From contig CAJUIP010000006.1 of NCBI GenBank assembly GCA_910586315.1, positions 2,166 to 66,165 on the forward strand: a DNA stretch of 64,000 bases, given 5' to 3'. Position 1 is the first letter of the stretch, and every line of letters begins with the position of its first letter. The notes beneath the pieces are model-generated. The model did not search any database. It had not been told where the DNA came from and saw only the letters and a program-made list of their open reading frames with translations. Origin of the DNA: an uncultured Lachnospiraceae bacterium (GTDB taxonomy: Bacteria > Bacillota > Clostridia > Lachnospirales > Lachnospiraceae). This document shows, in pieces, positions 27,453 to 37,544 of the stretch. The translations under genes and the position numbers were made by a program.

Positions 27453-29123
27453 ATGGAAAAACAAAAAATTTTAATTGTGGACGATTCGGAGATGAACCGC
27501 GACCTTCTGATTGATATTCTGGATGACCAGTATGATATTGTGGAGGCGGATAACGGCGCGGACGCGATTGCGATTCTCGCGCGGCAGAGAACAGATTTCT
27601 CACTTTTGCTTTTGGATATTATGATGCCTGAAATGGATGGATTTGAAGTGCTGGCCCACATAAACAAAAATCATTGGAACGATACCTTTGCTGTTATGAT
27701 GATTTCAGCGGATGATTCGCCAGCAAATATAAAACGCGCCTATGATCTGGGGGCTTTTGACTATATTGGCCGCCCCTTTGATTCAAGCATTGTCCGGCGC
27801 CGGATTTCCAATACGATGTTTTTATATGCCAAACAGCAGCGCCTGGAAGGAATTATTGCGGAACAGTTCCGCGAACAGGAAAAAAATAATGAGCTGCTGA
27901 CTTCAATTTTGTCTCATATTGTGGAATTCCGCAACGGAGAGAGCAGTCTGCATGTGCTGCATGTGAAGACCATTACAAAGCTTCTTCTGGAACAATTGGT
28001 GCGTCAGACAGACAGCTATCCTCTGTCAAAATCAGATATCACATTGATAAGTACAGCGTCCTCCCTGCATGATATCGGAAAGATTTCAATTTCCGATGAA
28101 ATTCTAAATAAACCGGGGCGCCTTACAGCGGAAGAATTTGAAATAATGAAGACTCATTCGGCCATAGGCGCCCAAATGCTGATGGACTTACCAATGGAAC
28201 AGCAGGAGACGCCGTTAGTTAAGGTCGCTTTTGAAATATGCAGGTGGCATCACGAAAGATATGACGGCGGCGGGTATCCGGACGGATTAAAGGGAGAGGA
28301 AATTCCCATTACCGCCCAGGTGGTTGCCATGGCGGATGTATACGACGCTTTGACCAGCGAAAGGTGCTATAAAAAGGCATTTTCCCATGAGAAGGCGCTG
28401 AACATGATTACGGAAGGACAATGCGGTATTTTCAATCCTGTTCTTTTACAGTGTCTGAAGGAAATTTCAGAGACGCTGAAGCGCGAGCTGTTTAATGGCC
28501 GGATGGAAAAAAAGATGGAAGATGTTCGGAACATGGGGGACAAAATTGACTATGACAGGCTGTTTACCCGGGAAAAATACACGCTTCTTTCTGGAAACCG
28601 GCGACAGCAGCAGCTATTGTATGTGGATTCCCTGACCAATGTTTACAACCGCCGCTATTGTGACGAGTTTTTCCAGAGTGGAGAAGAGATCCAGGCGATT
28701 GTGGTAATTGACGCAGATAACTTTAAGCATATTAACGATACATACGGCCACGCGGTGGGAGACGTTGTGCTGCAGGGCATCGCCCAGGCGATTTCCTCCT
28801 GTGTTCGACGGACAGACGCTGTGGCCCGTTATGGCGGTGATGAATTTGTCATTATATTTAACAGTATTCCGGTATCTGCTTATAAACAAAAGCTGGAGGC
28901 AATAAGGCAGACGGTCGACGCTCTGGTTTTGGACGGATATCCGGAAATCCATACGACTGTAAGCATAGGCGGGGCATATGGAGAAGGGAAGCCGAAGGAG
29001 CTGTTTAAAATTGCGGACAGTATGATGTATCGGTCGAAGGCGGCAAAAAATCAGGTAACAATCTGTTTCCTTGACAAGGAAAATAAGGAGAGTAATGAAG
29101 ACGAAAGCGTTACTGACGATTAA
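27453..29123 (+). CDS. Response regulator REC + HD-GYP phosphodiesterase + GGDEF diguanylate cyclase
   Basis: IVDD...LLDIMMP receiver; HDIGK, HHERYDGGGYP, ADVYDAL; D.LT..YNRR, D.D.FK.IND.YGH..GD, RRTD I-site and RYGGDEF. Confidence 0.93.
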   Translation: MEKQKILIVDDSEMNRDLLIDILDDQYDIVEADNGADAIAILARQRTDFSLLLLDIMMPEMDGFEVLAHINKNHWNDTFAVMMISADDSPANIKRAYDLGAFDYIGRPFDSSIVRRRISNTMFLYAKQQRLEGIIAEQFREQEKNNELLTSILSHIVEFRNGESSLHVLHVKTITKLLLEQLVRQTDSYPLSKSDITLISTASSLHDIGKISISDEILNKPGRLTAEEFEIMKTHSAIGAQMLMDLPMEQQETPLVKVAFEICRWHHERYDGGGYPDGLKGEEIPITAQVVAMADVYDALTSERCYKKAFSHEKALNMITEGQCGIFNPVLLQCLKEISETLKRELFNGRMEKKMEDVRNMGDKIDYDRLFTREKYTLLSGNRRQQQLLYVDSLTNVYNRRYCDEFFQSGEEIQAIVVIDADNFKHINDTYGHAVGDVVLQGIAQAISSCVRRTDAVARYGGDEFVIIFNSIPVSAYKQKLEAIRQTVDALVLDGYPEIHTTVSIGGAYGEGKPKELFKIADSMMYRSKAAKNQVTICFLDKENKESNEDESVTDD

Positions 29124-29218
29124 GACCTCCGCAGACGATTTGCAGTGGATGTTTCGGCAGCTGAGAGAAAACCGGACAGTTGCCGGACAATATATAAAAA
29201 GAAAGAGAGAATGGTATT

Positions 29219-29581
29219 ATGAATCTAAAGGATTGCTATATGAGTTTTGGCGGCGATTTCGATGGTGTGCTGGAGAGATTGAGACGTGAGCAGACGGTCC
29301 AGAAATTTGTTTATAAGTTTCTGGATGATAAGAGTTTCGAGCTGTTTGAGGCGTCTATGGAAAAACAGGATTATGAAGAGGCGCTTCGGGCTGTCCATAC
29401 CCTCAAGGGGATTTGCCAGAATCTTTCCTTTGACAGGCTCTATACCAGCAGCAGTCTTGTGACAAACGCGTTAAAAGAAAACGATTATAAGAAAGCCATT
29501 GATCTGACGCCCCAGTTATCCGATGATTACAGCCAGGTTGTGAATGCGGTCAGGGAGTATAAAGAATCCAGGGGGGAATAA
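29219..29581 (+). CDS. Stand-alone Hpt phosphotransfer protein
   Basis: A.RAVHTLKG...NL motif. Confidence 0.88.
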   Translation: MNLKDCYMSFGGDFDGVLERLRREQTVQKFVYKFLDDKSFELFEASMEKQDYEEALRAVHTLKGICQNLSFDRLYTSSSLVTNALKENDYKKAIDLTPQLSDDYSQVVNAVREYKESRGE

Positions 29582-29588
29582 CAGCATA

Positions 29589-32147
29589 ATGGGGAGCAGT
29601 CAGAAGAAGGATCCAATAACCAGGTTCCTGATGTACAGCCTTATGGGGCTTTTGTTTTTCAGCATCATTGTTTTCAGCCTGTTGGGAATTTATATGAATC
29701 TGGAGAGCAGAAAAACCATTTATGAGGTTGGAGAGATCTACATGTCCGGAATGAATGAACAGATGGCCAGGCACTTTGAAAATGTCATCAAGCTGCGCTT
29801 TGAACAGGTTCATGGCCTTGTTTCCGTTGTTCCGTCCAAAAGCGGTAAAGCAGAAGATTTATATGAGGAACTTGTTTACAGAGCGCAGGTCAGAGAATTT
29901 GACTACTTAGCCCTTTGTTCTGCGGATGGAGAATTTGAAACTCTTTATGGGGAGCCCATACAGCCGCTGAATCCGGAGCCTTTTTTGAAGGCGCTGGTAC
30001 AGGGGGAACAGAGAGTTGCTGTGGGAACTGACGCATCCGGAGATAAAGTGGTATTGTTCGGCGTTGACGCGGATTATCCCCTGCGGAACGGAGAGAAGAG
30101 TACCGGTCTCATAGCGGCTGTTCCCCTGGAATATGTTACGGATTTTCTTTCCCTGGAGGACGCGGGGCAGTTGACGTATTATCACATTATCCGGCCGGAT
30201 GCCAGCTTTGTGATACAAAATTCCAATATAGAGCTGTTGGAATTTTGTAATCTGTTACAAAAGCAGATGGGGCCTGACGCAGGGAGCACGATTGCCGATG
30301 ACAGTGTCAAAGAGTTTAAAGATGCCCTGCGGGCTAACAGGGGATGCTCTGTGACATATGAAATAGAAGGTGAGGAGCTGCAGATTTGCGGTATGCCATT
30401 GCCTTATTCTGAGTGGTATCTGGTGGCGGTCATGCCGTATGGCACATTGGACGATGTGATTAACAGTCTCAGCGGCCGGCGTATGGTCATGACGCTTCTG
30501 GCCTGTGTTTCCGTCCTGCTCATTCAGACATTGATTTTTTTCCGGTATTTTTCTATGTCCCGCTCACAGCTTCATGAGCTGGAGGAGGCGCGCCGGTCGG
30601 CGTTGGAGGCAAGCAAGGCCAAAAGTGAATTTCTGGCCAATATGAGTCATGATATCCGTACCCCCATGAATGCGATTGTAGGCATGACTGCCATTGCGGC
30701 CGCCCATATGGACAACCGGGAACAGGTACAGAACTGTCTGAGAAAGATTACGCTGTCCAGCAAACATTTATTGGGACTGATCAACGATGTTTTGGATATG
30801 TCGAAGATTGAAAGCGGAAAATTGACCCTGACCGTCGAACAGATTTCCTTAAAGGAGGTTGTTGAAGGAATTGTCAGCATTATGCAGCCGCAGGTGAAAG
30901 CAAAAAGGCAGACCTTTGATATTCATGTGGAAAATGTCGTGACGGAAAACGTCTGGTGCGACGGCGTGCGTCTGAATCAGGTTTTGCTGAATATTTTATC
31001 CAATGCAACCAAGTATACGCCGGAGGGAGGCTCCATACGGCTGTCTCTGTTTGAAGAAAAATCTGAAAAGGGAGACGGATATGTACGGGTTCATATTCAT
31101 GTAAAGGATAACGGAATTGGAATGTCTTCGGAGTTCCTGAAAAAGATTTATGAATCTTACAGCCGCGCAGACGGAGCCAGAATCCATAAAACCGAAGGCG
31201 CCGGTTTGGGTATGGCCATTACGAAGTACATTGTGGACGCGATGGAGGGAAACATCGATATCGAAAGCGAGCTTGATAAAGGTACGGAATTCAGGCTTAC
31301 GTTTGATTTTGAAAAAGCGGACATGGTAGAAATGAATATGGTTCTTCCGTCCTGGAATATGCTTGTGGTGGATGACGACGAATTATTATGTAAAACGGCT
31401 ATGAACACGCTGAAATCTATCGGAATAAACGCAGAGTGTACATTAAGCGGAGAAAAGGCCATAGAATTAGTGTTGGAACGCCATAAAAGAGGAAACGGAT
31501 ACCAGATTATTCTTCTTGACTGGAAGCTGCCTGGTATGAACGGAATCCAGGCTGCGAAGGCAATCCGGCGGGAGTTAGGAGATGACGTGCCGATTTTGCT
31601 GATTTCCGCATATGATTGGAGTGAATTTGAAACAGAGGCTAGGCAGGCGGGAATCAACGGTTTTATTTCCAAGCCGCTGTTTAAGTCGACGCTGTTCCAT
31701 GCGCTGCGAGAATACATGGGAAGTGAAACCGTTCACGACCAGACATCAGACCAGAGCGTTGAGCTGTCCGGACACAGGATTCTGCTTGCGGAGGATAATG
31801 AGCTGAACTGGGAGGTCGCTGAAGAGCTGCTGTCTGACCTTGGGCTGGAGATAGAATGGGCGGAGGACGGCCAGATCTGTCTGGATAAGTTCCAAAAGTC
31901 GCCGGAGGGATATTATGACGCGATTCTTATGGACATACGGATGCCCAATATGAATGGATATGAGGCCACGGAGGCAATCCGGGCGTTAGACCGTGGGGAC
32001 GCGGTGTCCGTTCCGATTATTGCCATGAGCGCGGATGCCTTTTCGGATGACATACAGCATTGCCATGAGTGCGGCATGAACGCTCATATTGCGAAGCCCA
32101 TCGATATTGCGGAGGTTTCCCGGCTGCTGAAGAGGTACCTGATATAA
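29589..32147 (+). CDS. Membrane hybrid histidine kinase with two receiver domains
   Basis: Two TM segments, FLANMSHDIRTPMN H-box, N/G1/G2 boxes (NA.KYT, DNGIG, GAGLG), two REC domains (LLDWKLP, LMDIRMP). Confidence 0.93.
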   Translation: MGSSQKKDPITRFLMYSLMGLLFFSIIVFSLLGIYMNLESRKTIYEVGEIYMSGMNEQMARHFENVIKLRFEQVHGLVSVVPSKSGKAEDLYEELVYRAQVREFDYLALCSADGEFETLYGEPIQPLNPEPFLKALVQGEQRVAVGTDASGDKVVLFGVDADYPLRNGEKSTGLIAAVPLEYVTDFLSLEDAGQLTYYHIIRPDASFVIQNSNIELLEFCNLLQKQMGPDAGSTIADDSVKEFKDALRANRGCSVTYEIEGEELQICGMPLPYSEWYLVAVMPYGTLDDVINSLSGRRMVMTLLACVSVLLIQTLIFFRYFSMSRSQLHELEEARRSALEASKAKSEFLANMSHDIRTPMNAIVGMTAIAAAHMDNREQVQNCLRKITLSSKHLLGLINDVLDMSKIESGKLTLTVEQISLKEVVEGIVSIMQPQVKAKRQTFDIHVENVVTENVWCDGVRLNQVLLNILSNATKYTPEGGSIRLSLFEEKSEKGDGYVRVHIHVKDNGIGMSSEFLKKIYESYSRADGARIHKTEGAGLGMAITKYIVDAMEGNIDIESELDKGTEFRLTFDFEKADMVEMNMVLPSWNMLVVDDDELLCKTAMNTLKSIGINAECTLSGEKAIELVLERHKRGNGYQIILLDWKLPGMNGIQAAKAIRRELGDDVPILLISAYDWSEFETEARQAGINGFISKPLFKSTLFHALREYMGSETVHDQTSDQSVELSGHRILLAEDNELNWEVAEELLSDLGLEIEWAEDGQICLDKFQKSPEGYYDAILMDIRMPNMNGYEATEAIRALDRGDAVSVPIIAMSADAFSDDIQHCHECGMNAHIAKPIDIAEVSRLLKRYLI

Positions 32148-32225
32148 ACGCACATGCCCGCTGACGCAGGCGCCGCCATGCATGAAAGTCGATTGAAAAA
32201 AATATTAAAAAAAGTGGAAAAAGTC

Positions 32226-32253
32226 CTTATGGAAACGGAAAAGCCGCCGATAT
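32226..32253 (+). promoter_or_regulatory. Sigma28 promoter of flagellin (CTTAT-N15-GCCGATAT)
   Basis: Read directly about 120 bp upstream of the flagellin ATG. Confidence 0.85.
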
Positions 32254-32288
32254 TATATGATGTAAAGGGAAATAAAATCCCCGTCGAC

Positions 32289-32368
32289 GGTGTTCTGTTA
32301 AGGGCCCAACGGAATACCAACGCTGAAACAGGGAAGTTTCAGTGAAAAACAGTATAAATTCAAGGAGG
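32289..32368 (+). promoter_or_regulatory. Structured flagellin leader with CsrA-type ANGGA sites
   Basis: Hairpin CTGAAAC-AGGGAA-GTTTCAG (32323-32342) displays AGGGA in its loop; ACGGA at 32309 and AAGGA in the SD. Confidence 0.6.
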
Positions 32369-32375
32369 AAATTTT

Positions 32376-33191
32376 ATGCAGATTCAACACAATATATCAG
32401 CAATCAATTCTTACAGAAACTTAGGCGTTAACCAGAGCGCTCTGAACAAGAACTTAGAGAAACTGTCTTCCGGTTATAAGATTAACCGTGCAGGCGATGA
32501 CGCTGCCGGTCTTGCTATTTCCGAGCAGATGAGATCTCAGATCAATGGTCTTAACCAGGCTGCAGTTAACGCAAACGACGCTATCGGTTTGATTCAGACA
32601 GCTGAGGGAGCTCTGACAGAGGTTCACTCCATGCTTCAGCGTATGGTAACTCTGGCTACCCAGTCCGCAAACGGCACTTACAACTCTGTTGCAAGAAACA
32701 ACATTCAGGAAGAGTTTAACAAGCTGAATGAAGAGATTAACCGTATCGCGAACTACACAGACTTCAACGGTGTTAAGCCGATCGCTGCTACCGCTACTGG
32801 TACAATGACATTCCAGATTGGACCGACAGCAGGCGAGACAATTCTGGTTAATTCCAGTGCAATGGATGCGACAACACTTGGAGTTAAGTCACTTGTTGTA
32901 AGTGATCAGACTTCTGCTAATGCCGCTCTTTCTTCCATCAATACGGCAATTAATACGGTTTCCACGTACCGTGCTCACCTTGGTGCTTCTCAGAACCGTC
33001 TGGAGCATACCATCAACAACCTGAAGGTTACTTCTGAGAATATCACTGCAGCTGAGAGCCGTATCCGTGATACTGATATGGCAGATGAGATTACCGCCTT
33101 CACAAAGAACAATGTTCTTTTACAGGCTGCTCAGTCCATGCTGTCTCAGTCCAATGCCGTTCCGCAGAACGTATTAAGTCTGCTTCGGTAA
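32376..33191 (+). CDS. fliC: Flagellin (short, D0/D1 only)
   Basis: LEKLSSGYKINRAGDDAAGLAISE N-terminus and R..LGA.QNRLE...ESRIRDTDMA C-terminus. Confidence 0.97.
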   Translation: MQIQHNISAINSYRNLGVNQSALNKNLEKLSSGYKINRAGDDAAGLAISEQMRSQINGLNQAAVNANDAIGLIQTAEGALTEVHSMLQRMVTLATQSANGTYNSVARNNIQEEFNKLNEEINRIANYTDFNGVKPIAATATGTMTFQIGPTAGETILVNSSAMDATTLGVKSLVVSDQTSANAALSSINTAINTVSTYRAHLGASQNRLEHTINNLKVTSENITAAESRIRDTDMADEITAFTKNNVLLQAAQSMLSQSNAVPQNVLSLLR

Positions 33192-33245
33192 TTAAACTGT
33201 ACGTATCGTACATGATTTTTGCCCGCCTCATTGCGGGATAATCGG

Positions 33246-33285
33246 GAAAAGCCATTGAAAGCCAACGCTTTGAATGGCTTTTCTT
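33246..33285 (+). terminator. Intrinsic terminator after flagellin
   Basis: GAAAAGCCATT.AAAGC-CAAC-GCTTT.AATGGCTTTTC-TT. Confidence 0.7.
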
Positions 33286-33319
33286 ATATCAAATGGAATT
33301 GGAACATGGGAGAGCAGAT

Positions 33320-34666
33320 ATGCGTTTGTCACAGTGCATGATCGTAAAAAATGAGGAGCGCAACATAGAAAAGGCGCTGAGCTGGGGAAAGGGAATTGTC
33401 TGGGAGCAGATCGTGGTGGATACGGGAAGCACGGACAGGACCGTGGAGCTGGCGGAGAAAATGGGGGCGAAGGTATTTTACTTTCCCTGGCAGGATGATT
33501 TTTCGGCGGCAAAAAACTTTGCCATAAGTAAAGCTTCCGGGGACTGGGTTGCGTTTTTGGATGCGGATGAATATTTCCCTCTTGAGGAAGCAAAAAAGTT
33601 GATGCCCCTTTTGGAGCGCTATGACAAAGGGGGATATTATGCTGTGATGACCTCATGGCTCCAGGTACGGGAAGATGAAAGTATTTTTGCCGGGGGAACC
33701 CAGGCGAGGCTCTTTAAAAGGATGGAGGGGCTGGTATACCGAAACCGGATCCACGAGGAGCTTTCCTTTCAGGGAATGGGAATTACGCCTTATATGGCGG
33801 ATGCGACAAAATTACTGTCCATCTATCATACAGGGTACGCAGGCAGCGAGGCTCAGAATGAAAAAAGAGGAGAGCGGAATATCCGGCTGCTTTTGATGGA
33901 ACTGGAAGACCATCCGAATAATTATCATCTGATGTGCTATCTGGGGGATTCCTATTTGACAGCGGGCAAGCCGGAGGAGGCCAAGGAATGGTATTATAAG
34001 GGCATCGCAGGGATGCCGGAAAATCTGAACAGACATGATATTATAAATGCGACGGCCTTCTGGAAACTTATGATTATCCTGATAGATGAAAACGATGAAG
34101 AAGCGCTTCTGAAGCTGTATGAAAAGGCAATCCGTCGTCTGCCGGAGGAAAGCGATTTCGACTTCCTTTTGGGCCGGTTTTACGCGAATAAAAATGAATT
34201 TATAAAAGCGGCCTCTCATTTAAAAAGATGTCTCTCCCTGCTTGAAACATACGGGAATGCCAACAGAGGAATGCTGGTCAGCGGGGACCTTCCGGGAACC
34301 TGGGAACTGCTTGCCCTTTGCTGTTACCAGACAGGGGAGCTGGGGGAATGTGTAAAGTACTGCACCGTCCTTTTAAAAGCGGACCCTTACCGCCCCACCG
34401 CCCTGGTGCTGTTTTTGCGGGCCTTTCAAAAAGAAGGTGGAGACAGCGGAGAAAATGCAAAGGCAGTGGCAGCATTTCTGGAACGTCTGTACCATATGGA
34501 GCAGCAGAAAGACCGCCTCCTTCTTTTGCGCGCTGTTAGAGAGACAGGGTATGATAAGCTTGAAGAACTGATCCGTCAGAAATGCCCTGAGGCAGAGCTT
34601 CAGGAGTTTGACAGGGCTATGGCGGAGTATAAGGGAAAAGCGGAAGAGGCGAAAGAGTTCGAGTAG
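33320..34666 (+). CDS. GT2 glycosyltransferase with TPR repeats (probable flagellin glycosylation)
   Basis: SQCMIVKNEE, VDTGSTD.T, DFSAAKN, LDADE, IHE and H.GY motifs followed by helical TPRs; directly downstream of fliC. Confidence 0.88.
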   Translation: MRLSQCMIVKNEERNIEKALSWGKGIVWEQIVVDTGSTDRTVELAEKMGAKVFYFPWQDDFSAAKNFAISKASGDWVAFLDADEYFPLEEAKKLMPLLERYDKGGYYAVMTSWLQVREDESIFAGGTQARLFKRMEGLVYRNRIHEELSFQGMGITPYMADATKLLSIYHTGYAGSEAQNEKRGERNIRLLLMELEDHPNNYHLMCYLGDSYLTAGKPEEAKEWYYKGIAGMPENLNRHDIINATAFWKLMIILIDENDEEALLKLYEKAIRRLPEESDFDFLLGRFYANKNEFIKAASHLKRCLSLLETYGNANRGMLVSGDLPGTWELLALCCYQTGELGECVKYCTVLLKADPYRPTALVLFLRAFQKEGGDSGENAKAVAAFLERLYHMEQQKDRLLLLRAVRETGYDKLEELIRQKCPEAELQEFDRAMAEYKGKAEEAKEFE

Positions 34667-34889
34667 TACAAGAGTATATTATTTATTTTGTATATAATCC
34701 CTGTTTTTGAAAGTTGAATTGGAAAAATGGTGCTAAACCACAGTTTAAAATCTGTGGCTTAGCATCTTTCTAATTTCTGCATCAGATAGGAAATAGGATG
34801 TAAGAGGCAGTCTGGTTTTTGCCGAAAAAGCACTAATAAAGTCAGAGCCCCTTGCCAGATTGATATATTTCCTGTTAGTAGCGCAACAT

Positions 34890-35232
34890 TTTGATATTAT
34901 TTTCTACTGTCCTTACGACATCCATGAACTTGTAACGGAAGAATACCTATCCAAAATCCTCTGGGAATTGAATGAGGAACACAAGGAGCTGCTCTTTCTT
35001 TACGCTGTCCGGCTGTTTGGCTCAACAAGGATCGCTAAAATACGGAATCAAAGCGACCGGAATATCCGTAAGGTGCCATGGCACAATGCTCAAAAAGATA
35101 GGGAAAAAGCTGCTCCCTGCACTTTTAGATAAGGCAGAAAAGAAGCAGCCAATGACCATTTTGGAGAAAGATTTTTTAGAAGAATCTGGAATGGAGATTG
35201 ATTCAGAGGAAAAGAAATCGTATAATGGATAA
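34890..35232 (+). pseudogene. Truncated, frameshifted ICE-type HTH/sigma-region-4-like gene
   Basis: Two overlapping frames (…HKELLFLYAVRLFGSTRIAKIRNQSDRNIRKV / TMLKKIGKKLLPAL…) join by a frameshift near 35075; 5' part missing. Confidence 0.5.
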
Positions 35233-35281
35233 TATAAATTGAAGTTATTTGGGTTACAATACATGACGGAGGGTTTTGTAT

Positions 35282-35910
35282 ATGAAGAACCTTTTTGAAC
35301 GCACCAGTTCTAACTGGGTGCGATATAGTGAATATGAATGGAGGGCGGCAGAGGACGGAACTCTGTATCTCACACCCACCAAGACAGCACAGCTGAGTAT
35401 CTACGATCCGCTGGCAGAGTATCAGAAAATTGTATTGGATGCCATCAATATAGGACGCATGGGTTGACAGATAAGCCGATGGCGGTCAACATGAGCTTTC
35501 AGCGAGAATATTCAGAACGATATGAATGGATGAAACAGCAGTTCATCGACTGGGCGTTTACCTATATTAACAGTTCCCTTTATTATGAGGATTATGATAC
35601 ACTGAACGATGAAACCCGGCAGATGATGCAGCAGAGCATGGCAGCTTTTGGCGGCATAGCGCCGACTTACCATATCGCCCTGTTGGATAAGCCGACCATC
35701 GTTTGGGACTTTCATTCCCTGCTGCTGGGTATACAGATGATGTTCAGCTTTATGCTGACCGACAGCGAAAACCCGATTAAGCTTTGTAGGCACTGCACCA
35801 AAGCCTTTGTTGCAAGCAGACCAAGTGCTGTATTTTGCAGCCCGCAGTGCAAGAACAAGCATAATGTTTACAAAAGCAGAGCGAGAAAAAATAGATCTGA
35901 TAGGGAATGA
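35282..35910 (+). pseudogene. CGNR-type zinc-finger protein, broken by a frameshifting deletion
   Basis: N-terminal frame stops at 35467; a second frame continues to C..C.K.F.......FCS..CKNK.NV.KSR. Confidence 0.65.
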
Positions 35911-35927
35911 TTGGATGGTGATACATA

Positions 35928-36956
35928 ATGGCTGAAAACAAGAATACAAAATTGCAGATCCGAAACAGCACGGTGGATTTTCTTGTATTTACAAAGGATG
36001 CCCACGAGGATGGTATTGAAGTTCGTGTTCAGGATCACGATGTATGGCTGACACAAAAAGCGATTGGACAGCTTTTCGATGTAGACAGAAGCGTTGTCAC
36101 AAAACATTTGAAAAACATCTATGAAAGCGGCGAATTGTCCGAGGAATCAACTTGTGCAAATTTTGCACAAGTTGCGGATAACGGAAAAACCTATCAATAT
36201 AAGTTTTATTCGCTATCTGTCATAATTGCCGTTGGCTACCGTGTCAACTCCGGCAGGGCAACACAATTCAGGCAATGGGCAACAAAAGTGCTGGATACCT
36301 TTGCGAAACAGGGGTATGTTTTAGATAAGAGCAGATTGATTAACGGTCAAATTTTCGATGAGGATTATTTTGAACACTTAATTTCTGAGATACAAGAGAT
36401 TCGAGCCAGTGAGCGCCGTTTCTATCAAAAGATTACAGATATCTATGCTACTGCCGTCGATTATTCCTTTGATAGCCAAATCACAAAAGATTTCTTTGCG
36501 ACGGTACAGAATAAGATGCACTATGCCGTTCACGGAAATACCGCAGCGGAAGTCATTGTAGCAAGAGCAGACCACACAAAAGAACATATGGGATTAACCT
36601 CATGGCGCAACGCTCCTGATGGAAAAATCGTAAAAGCAGATGTGTCGATTGCAAAGAATTACTTATCTAAGGGTGAAATACAGGAGCTTAACGAGATCGT
36701 TACGATGTATTTGGACTATGCTACAAGACAGGCACGGCGGCATATTCCCATGACGATGGCAGATTGGGCTTCCAAACTGGATGCATTCCTGCAATTCAAC
36801 GATGCGGAAGTCTTACAAAACAAGGGTAAAGTCACAGCCGCAATCGCAAAAATCTTTGCAGAAAGTGAATTTGAGCAGTACCGTGTCATTCAAGATCATC
36901 TGTATCAAAGTGATTTTGACCGTCTTGTTGCCAGCACAGAAGAAAAAAACGACTAA
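35928..36956 (+). CDS. RhuM-family (virulence RhuM) protein
   Basis: WLTQK.I..LF, IIAVGYRVNS..ATQFRQWAT, IRASERRFYQKI, FFATVQNK.H.A..G.TAAE and AKNYL motifs. Confidence 0.92.
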   Translation: MAENKNTKLQIRNSTVDFLVFTKDAHEDGIEVRVQDHDVWLTQKAIGQLFDVDRSVVTKHLKNIYESGELSEESTCANFAQVADNGKTYQYKFYSLSVIIAVGYRVNSGRATQFRQWATKVLDTFAKQGYVLDKSRLINGQIFDEDYFEHLISEIQEIRASERRFYQKITDIYATAVDYSFDSQITKDFFATVQNKMHYAVHGNTAAEVIVARADHTKEHMGLTSWRNAPDGKIVKADVSIAKNYLSKGEIQELNEIVTMYLDYATRQARRHIPMTMADWASKLDAFLQFNDAEVLQNKGKVTAAIAKIFAESEFEQYRVIQDHLYQSDFDRLVASTEEKND

Positions 36957-36983
36957 CGACAGAAAATCCCGTTATCAGCCATA

Positions 36984-37286
36984 TCATTCTATTTGATCTT
37001 CCGCTTTGAGTGCTTCGGTTACGCCTTCCTGCTTTGCCATATCGGAAACGATGTTTTCAATGCGCTCGTTGCAGGCTTGATCGATTTCAACTAAATGCTT
37101 GAACAGCGTTCCCTCCAGCACATAGTTGTTGTAGAGGATTTTACGGTACTCTTTCAGATAGCTGCGGCGCATACGCCCGTATTTGCCTATCTGATATTCG
37201 CCATCATCCGGCAAAGTAATGTTGGGAATGAAATAATCGCCTACTTGACGGTATGTACCGCCCATTTCTTCAAAAATAGATTTCAT
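36984..37286 (-). pseudogene. tnpV: TnpV-family protein, C-terminally truncated
   Basis: MKSIFEEMGGTYRQVGDY.IP.....IGKYGRMRR.YLKE...EGVTE.LKA.DQ; stops where the family normally continues. Confidence 0.75.
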
Positions 37287-37397
37287 AAAGTTCAGCTCCT
37301 TTTTGCGTTGATTTCCAGCGGTTATAAGGCTTTTTTGACTCCTTTCTTACAACTGCTTTTCAATTTACCACAAATGAGCCGCAGTCATATGTATTAG

Positions 37398-37544
37398 ATG
37401 GCAGAAACCACCCTTTACATATTAACTCTTGATTTGGCATCCTATTGGAGTCGGCGAATAGATGATGCAAACTGTATTGTTTATCGGATAGAAGATAATG
37501 TGATAAAGATTGTTCAATGCGGTTCTCATTATAGAGATAAGTAA
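37398..37544 (+). pseudogene. 3' half of a Txe/YoeB toxin
   Basis: Translated by hand: ...DLASYWSRRIDDANCIVYRIEDNVIKIVQCGSHYRDK*; N-terminal half and antitoxin absent. Confidence 0.75.

Noticed and set aside
37398..37544. Active YoeB toxin-antitoxin system
   Set aside because: Only the C-terminal half remains and there is no antitoxin gene.
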